64,000 nt of DNA, taken from Salpingoeca rosetta. Its lineage: Eukaryota > Protista > Choanoflagellata. This document shows, piece by piece, positions 53,975 to 64,000 of the stretch. The DNA is taken from NCBI GenBank assembly GCA_033442325.1, contig JAWQFM010000018.1, positions 62,001-126,000 on the forward strand, read 5' to 3'. The notes beneath the pieces were generated by a model. The model did no database searches. It was not told the origin of the DNA and saw nothing but the letters and a program-made list of their open reading frames with translations. How positions within the stretch are numbered: the stretch's first letter is position 1; the number at the start of each line of letters is the position of its first letter. A program made the position numbers and the translations under genes.

Positions 53975-54467
53975 GGTTAAGGTCGGTTGGTGAGGGGGGA
54001 GGGTCAGGGGGTGGAGACGGACTGAATGAAGCGCTTGGTGTGAGAGCAAGGGAGAAAACACAGAAATGCCGACCGCGACAAGAGACGGGGTGCCAGCTTG
54101 TTGTTTGCCTCTTGCTTTGTTGTGGTTGTTGTTTTGTTGCTGTTGTTGTTGTTTTGTGTGGCGTGTGCTCAGCAGCGCCAATCTGTTGTTTTGGATGAGG
54201 ACAAATAGACGGTATCTTTTGCAGATTCTCTAGCCACACCCACATCCCCGGAATGGATGCTGGAAACACCACGTCAAATTATTCAATCTGGGACAATTCT
54301 ATAATAACAACGCAAATAATCGCAGGTCAGGTAATTCAGACTATGTGGTGTCGTGGCCGGCCACGACACAACGACACATAGAAATAGCGAAAAAGAAAGG
54401 AAGGCAAAGCAACGCAAGAAGCACGAGAGCAGAGAGCAACGCCACAGCAGCACGCATGCGTCCAACT

Positions 54468-58289
<3,822 letters not shown>

Positions 58290-58594
58290 CGTTCACGCGA
58301 CGTGTGTCTCCTGTGTCGTTGCAACGTTGCAAAGTCTGTGTCTGCCACAAAGGACACACTGGCTGGTGGACTGTGGCGCGTGTGTGCTTGGTGTTGTGGC
58401 GTGGTCGTTGTGATAATGTCGCGATGATTGATGCTGGGTGATCACGTCGTTGCGTGCTGTGTGCTGCTGTGGTGTGTGTCATCATGGCTCAGGACGCCTC
58501 GCCACACCAAACGAAGAAACCGCCACCCACTGCATTTTGTCGTGACGCCTGGAACTGCGACAGGCGACGGAGAAAGATAGCGTTGCTGATCACG

Positions 58595-58920
58595 ATGCCT
58601 GCAACGCGGAGGACAAGGAAGGCCACTGCCGCTGCCACTGTGGCCGCCGCTGCGGGTGGCCGAGGCACCATGACACAGAAGAAGGCGGCGTTGAAGGCAC
58701 AACGGGGGGCGTTAAAGGCGGCACCAGCACAGGCGCAAGTGCCATCACCTTCACCATCACCATCACCATCACCAACTCGGCGGCGAAGCGCCCGCAATGC
58801 CAGCAAGGCCGCCAAAGACAGTGCTCCTGCCACAAAGCGGGCAAAAGCGTCAACAGGCACACCAACAACGCGCCGATCCACCCGTCAGCAGACAGCAAAG
58901 TCTGCACGACTTGTTACAGC

Positions 58921-58974
<54 letters not shown>

Positions 58975-60222
58975 CGATGCTGCGACAACAGCAACAGCAA
59001 CAGAAACACGCCACCAAACACGCGCCAGTCGCAGAAACAGCAGCACCACGTCGACGCGCTGGAGCTCGAGGCTCACCGCAGCTGCATCTGCCACAAGCCC
59101 TCCAAAGGCGAAGGGAAAGCGCAGATCGCGCCTGCCAGACGATGACGACCACAGTGACATCAGTGCCAGTGATTTCGAGAACAGCAGCACCAAGAAGAAC
59201 ACGGGCCGCAAGCAGCGTGCTGCAGCTCGCACCAGCCAACGCAACACGACAACGTCAAGACCCGCCATCACAAAGAAGACCAAGCAGGCGCCAAAGACGA
59301 CGACGACGTCGTCAGAAGGCAGCTTGATAAGCAGCGTTCGGCGCGCTCGTCACACAACAACTCGCAGCAAGAGCATTACTGTCACTACTGTGGCACCATC
59401 ACCCACCGTAAGGTCCAGCACAGCCCGCAAACCCCTTCCTGATGACGATGATGATGACGATGACGACGATGATGATGGTGGTGGATCGCAAACACGAGCA
59501 GGGCTGACGCCTCCCAGCAAAGCATCGTCCCGCTCGCTCTGGCAGCGACACGCTGCTGCAGTCGACAAGCAGCACCCAGGTGCAGCCAGCGCCACGCACC
59601 ACCCCAGCAAGCGCACCAAGCAAGCAACGCAGGGGAAGAAGCAGGACAAGCAGAAGAAGACCGCGACGTCCTCTGCCAGTGTCAACCGGTTCCTCAACAC
59701 CGACACACTCTCAGAGGTATGTTGTGGGGCGCGTGTGTATGGCAGCTGCGTGGCTGTGGCTGTGGTTGTGCCTGTGATTGCTTGCTCTTTGCGCAGTTGC
59801 CTGCCTGCTGCTCGTGTCTGGCCTGTGTTTGCCGACTTGCCTCTGCTGGCCTGTGTGCACATGGTACAACAGCAGGCTGCTCACGACAGTGTGTCGACAC
59901 ACCTCGCCACCCAACAGGGCTGCTTCTACCACAAACCCGAGCTGGGCGCACAGGCGGCTGCCAGCGCTAAGCCGGGCTCAAAGGCAGCGGAGGGTAAGAA
60001 AAGCAAGTCACCTGCAGGCGCACGTGGCAGTCGACCAGAGGAATTGGAGTACGCGAGCACGGCGGCGCTTGGCGACGAGCACGTGCAGACGTGCTGGCCC
60101 ATCTTGCAGGATGTCTGGGCACATGTGCAGCACAAAGTGAATGTACGACTGAGAGAGTGTGCGTGTGTGTTTGTGGGTGTGGGTGTGGGTGTTTGTCTGT
60201 CTGTCTGCCTGTCTGCCTGCCT

Positions 60223-60269
<47 letters not shown>

Positions 60270-62497
60270 TGTCTGTCTGTCTGTCTGTCTGCCTGCCTGC
60301 CTGCCTGTCTGTCTGTCTGCCTGCCTGCCTGCATCATGTGCTTCTGTGCCTGTGCTTCTGATGTAAATGTGTACTGTTGTCTCGCTGTGCCCGTGGGTTT
60401 TTGCTTGCATACCACGTGTCTCCCCCCCCCCCAACACACACCGACCCTCCCACACCCACGTACTCCTCCCACACCTCTGGCGTGCCACCAGGCGCTGCAG
60501 CTGCAGGTGCATGAGCGGCTGTACAGTGACGTTGCCAAGTGCTGCAGAGCAACCCTCCTTCCCTCCACAGCACACGGCGCTGGGGATGCTGGCGCCTGGC
60601 TCACACCCTCCGTCCCATCCCCTTTCCAGGTGTGTGTTTGTGTGGGGGGGGGGATGTGTATGTGCGCGTGTGTGAGGGTGTGTGGGTGCGTGTATGTGTG
60701 TGCCGGCATCAGCAACGCGTTGTGTCTTGTTTCGCGCATCCCCGCCCTGCATCATTGCCTCAATTCACGCATCCATGTGTGTGTGTGCGTGTTTATGTGT
60801 GCAGGAGGTGCCGGCTGCGGCCATCTCCACGGGGATCAACATCTCCGACCACGACAGCATATTCCAGGGCCTCAAAACACACTTCACAAAGGTGCCTACG
60901 CTACCGGATCCTGCAAATTAGCCACCCGCTTCATGCTAGTGTGATCTTCTCTTCCTCTCCTCCCCCTTCCTCCGCCTCACACAACACAACACAACACAAC
61001 ACAACACAACGCGCTCGCACACGCACGTGCAGGAACTGTCGCCCCACTTTGCTGTGCTCAAAGCGCGCGACTGCAAAGGAATGGCGGGAATCATGAAGAC
61101 GCTGGTCTGTCCTTTCGCACCACCAGTCTTTGCGTTGGCGCATCCGCTGCTAGCTCTGCTTTGCCTCCATTGACAAGTGCTGCCACCGCTGTTCCCCGTG
61201 CTCACCGCTTGACCATCATTCTCATCATTATCACTACGTTCACAACCATCCCTCCTCTCCCCACCTGCTACCACACAAACACACAAACACACACACACAC
61301 CGACTATCAGGTGCGCTCGCTGCTCGATATTGGCTCGGTCCACAGCACCCTCCCGCTCAGCCGCCTGCCCACATACGACTTTCAGGTCAGACAAGCGCGT
61401 GCGGCGTGTGCATGTTGTGTTTTCTCGTGAACAATTGCGCATAACCTACCTCCCCCCCCCAACCCTTTCCTTTGCTAACACACGTTTGCTGCGCATCACA
61501 CGCCGGCTTCCCCGTCACACGCCCTTCTCCTCATCATTCCCCATCTGTCCTCTCCTGCACCTCCACCACCACCACGACCGCCAGGTGCTGCGCGGGTGGT
61601 ACGAGAGCCTGTATCCCTCGCGCGACATTCGCCCGCCACTTGTCATCGCCTTTCAGGACTTTGAGGCCTTTGATCCAATGGTTCGATGATACCAATGAAG
61701 AAGGGGGGGGAGGCGATGCCGAAGTGGCGTTCTGCACATGCGTGTGTGCATACGCCTGATGTGGACGTGTGAATGCCTGGAGCATGCACGCATGCATGCG
61801 TGTCGGCGTAAATTAGCGCCAGCACATGTGCATACACACACATATATACACGCACGCATGCGCACCATCACGCACACACGCACGCGCTGACACGATGGCG
61901 CCCGTGTACTTGTTTGCAGGGGCTTGCGGATTTTGTGTGCGTGTGCAGTCACTATCGACAGTCTCTGCCGATTTTTCTCGTGTTTGGGGTGGCGTCCGGC
62001 CCATCCGTGCTCGCAAGGTGCTGCACTTGTACTTGCTCGCTTGCACACGCATTGGCTGATGCTCGTGCTTCCATGCACTCTGTGCGCTCCCTCACTCGCT
62101 CGCACCATCACAAAACTTGCGGTCACTTCCCCTCTCCTCTCCAACCTCCTCTCCCACCCTCACACAATACACTTCTCCTCTCCCACCCTCACAATACACT
62201 TCTCCTCTCCCACCCTCACAATACACTTCTCCTCTCCTCTCCCACCCTCACACAACACACTTCCCCTCTCCCACCTCCCCCCCCCCCTTTCAAGGTACCT
62301 GCCTCGGCGGGCGATGAGCCAGCTGAACGTGCGGCGGTACCGGGTGCAGGCGTCGACGGTTGTGCTACATACCGTCGCCACAGACATCATCATGGACCCG
62401 GCCCTCCCGGCAAAGCTCGGCCCAAGGTCCGCCGCCTGTCCTGTTTATGGCATCTGCCTTTTGTTGTCTTGGCCGCGCTGCCTTCTTTCCCTGCTTT

Positions 62498-62540
<43 letters not shown>

Positions 62541-63104
62541 TTTTCTCTCGCTCAACTTCGTTTACACTTCGGTTTGTTGCTCTCATTCGCGCGCTCTTTC
62601 GCACACACATACACGCACACACACGCAAACCCTCACACGCACACGCACATACACACGTTCCAAACGAACAACACAACCCTTCCACACACATACACACTCT
62701 CCCCCTAGGCCGCTGCATGAGCTGCTGGATGCGTTTCTGTTCCACAATTTGTCTGTTGCTACGGTGATCAAGGGCCTTCATCTCGCCCTAGTGCACTTTT
62801 ACACATCCACGCCGACCGCACACAACAACTCCTTATCCGTACGCCTGCAACCTATACGTGGCCGTGGCGTTTATGCTGCAAGTGCTTGCACTGTTGTGTA
62901 TGCATCTGAGGTGCGCTGCTGTGTCCACCAGGCAGCCCAAATCCTTCTCATCACATCCATCGGCCACCACATACACACACGCGCGCCGGCGCGCTGATCT
63001 GTGCGTGCGTATGTCCTCTGACAGATCGACCTTGACACCATTGCTCGCGATGCCAACGTCAATGAGCGTGACAGTGATGACGATGATGATGATGATGATA
63101 ACGA

Positions 63105-63138
<34 letters not shown>

Positions 63139-63572
63139 GGTGGTGGTGATGCACTGCTGCTTCATGGCGAGCGCAACCGCGATCAGCTCGTGTGCGCGGC
63201 CGCATGCGCTCTCCACGCCATTGCACAAGGTGATGTGCATGCTATCGTGGTGGCAGCCCTGCTTCGGCCCTTGTTGCCTGCGGTGCTAGTGCTGCTGGTT
63301 ATGGTGTCTGTCTGTCTGTCTGTCTGTGTCTGTGTGTCTGTGTCTCTGTGTGTGTCTGTGTGCGTGTGTGTGTGTGCGTGTGCGTGCATGGATGGGAGAA
63401 TGGTGGCGGCTGACGTGAGATGGCGCGGTGTGATTGCATTCCATCATGCTGCAGGCGTGCCTGACCTGAAGGACTACCCGGTGACCAAAGACATTTTGTC
63501 ATGGCTCACCGAGATGCTCCACAAGTCCATCCACTCCTCCGACCTCTGGTCAACCCTCCGCCGCATCCTGGG

Positions 63573-63635
<63 letters not shown>

Positions 63636-64000
63636 TGTGTACGTGTGTGTGTGTGTACGTGTGTATGTGTGTGTGTGTGTGTATGTGTGCTCGTCCTGTC
63701 GTGTTTAGTTGCCTCGCTGTGCTTGTTTTGCTTTCCTCTCGAATCTGCCTGCATATTTTCTCTCCGTGTGCTTGTGTGCACGTCGGTTTGTCAATTTGCC
63801 ACAATGTCTGCTTGTTTGCGTGCCGCCATCGCCTTGTGCTTGTCCCTGCTTCCACAACATCTCATCCCAACCATTTGCGACCCACGTGACGTTTGCCACG
63901 CCCATGGAAACATACCCCACCACCTCAACCAGGATGGTAGCACAGGACACGCTTGCCAAACTCATATGTACTGCTGCTGCTGCTGTAAGCTCGCGTGCTG
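58595..64000 (+). CDS. ORC3: Origin recognition complex subunit 3 (5' part; continues past the window)
   Basis: GCFYHKP, VPAAAISTGINISDHDSIF, PPLVIAFQDFEAFD, LPIFLVFGVAS, LLDAFLFHNLSVATVIKGLHLAL are collinear with human ORC3 (GCFVFKP, IPTAALVLGVNVTDHDLTF, PPVVVILKDMESF, PLILIFGIAT). Confidence 0.88.
62146..62262 (+). repeat. ~27-bp tandem repeat (ctcctctcccaccctcacaatacactt, 3-4 copies) in an ORC3 intron
   Basis: Read directly. Confidence 0.85.

Overview
Intron-rich eukaryotic DNA, GC-rich, with (GT)n/(CA)n microsatellites in most introns. This style is typical of a choanoflagellate such as Salpingoeca rosetta (inference). Most ORF-track entries are microsatellite artefacts, so I rebuilt genes by joining GT-AG exons by eye. 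Thirteen protein genes are supported: TFIIA large subunit (3' part), MMAB, a CFAP97D/KIAA1430-domain protein fused to two calflagin-like EF-hand modules, a long coiled-coil protein, a secreted phospholipase B/cPLA2-like enzyme, USP5/13 (cut by an N gap), a Ctr copper importer, an Atx1 copper chaperone, a two-finger C2H2 transcription factor, XRN1, GGNBP2, a Det1-like histidine phosphatase and ORC3 (5' part). There is also one unidentified 120-aa repeat microprotein. Top leads: (1) a candidate three-gene copper module, Ctr + Atx1 + a C2H2 factor whose N-terminus carries the same ACDGC motif as Atx1 (16 identical nt) and whose C-terminus has Met/His-rich tracts; (2) the CFAP97D-double-calflagin fusion with an RFX X-box half-site upstream; (3) the repeat microprotein; (4) ORC3 with a ~370-aa basic disordered N-terminus. 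Family assignments come from remembered motifs, not database searches.
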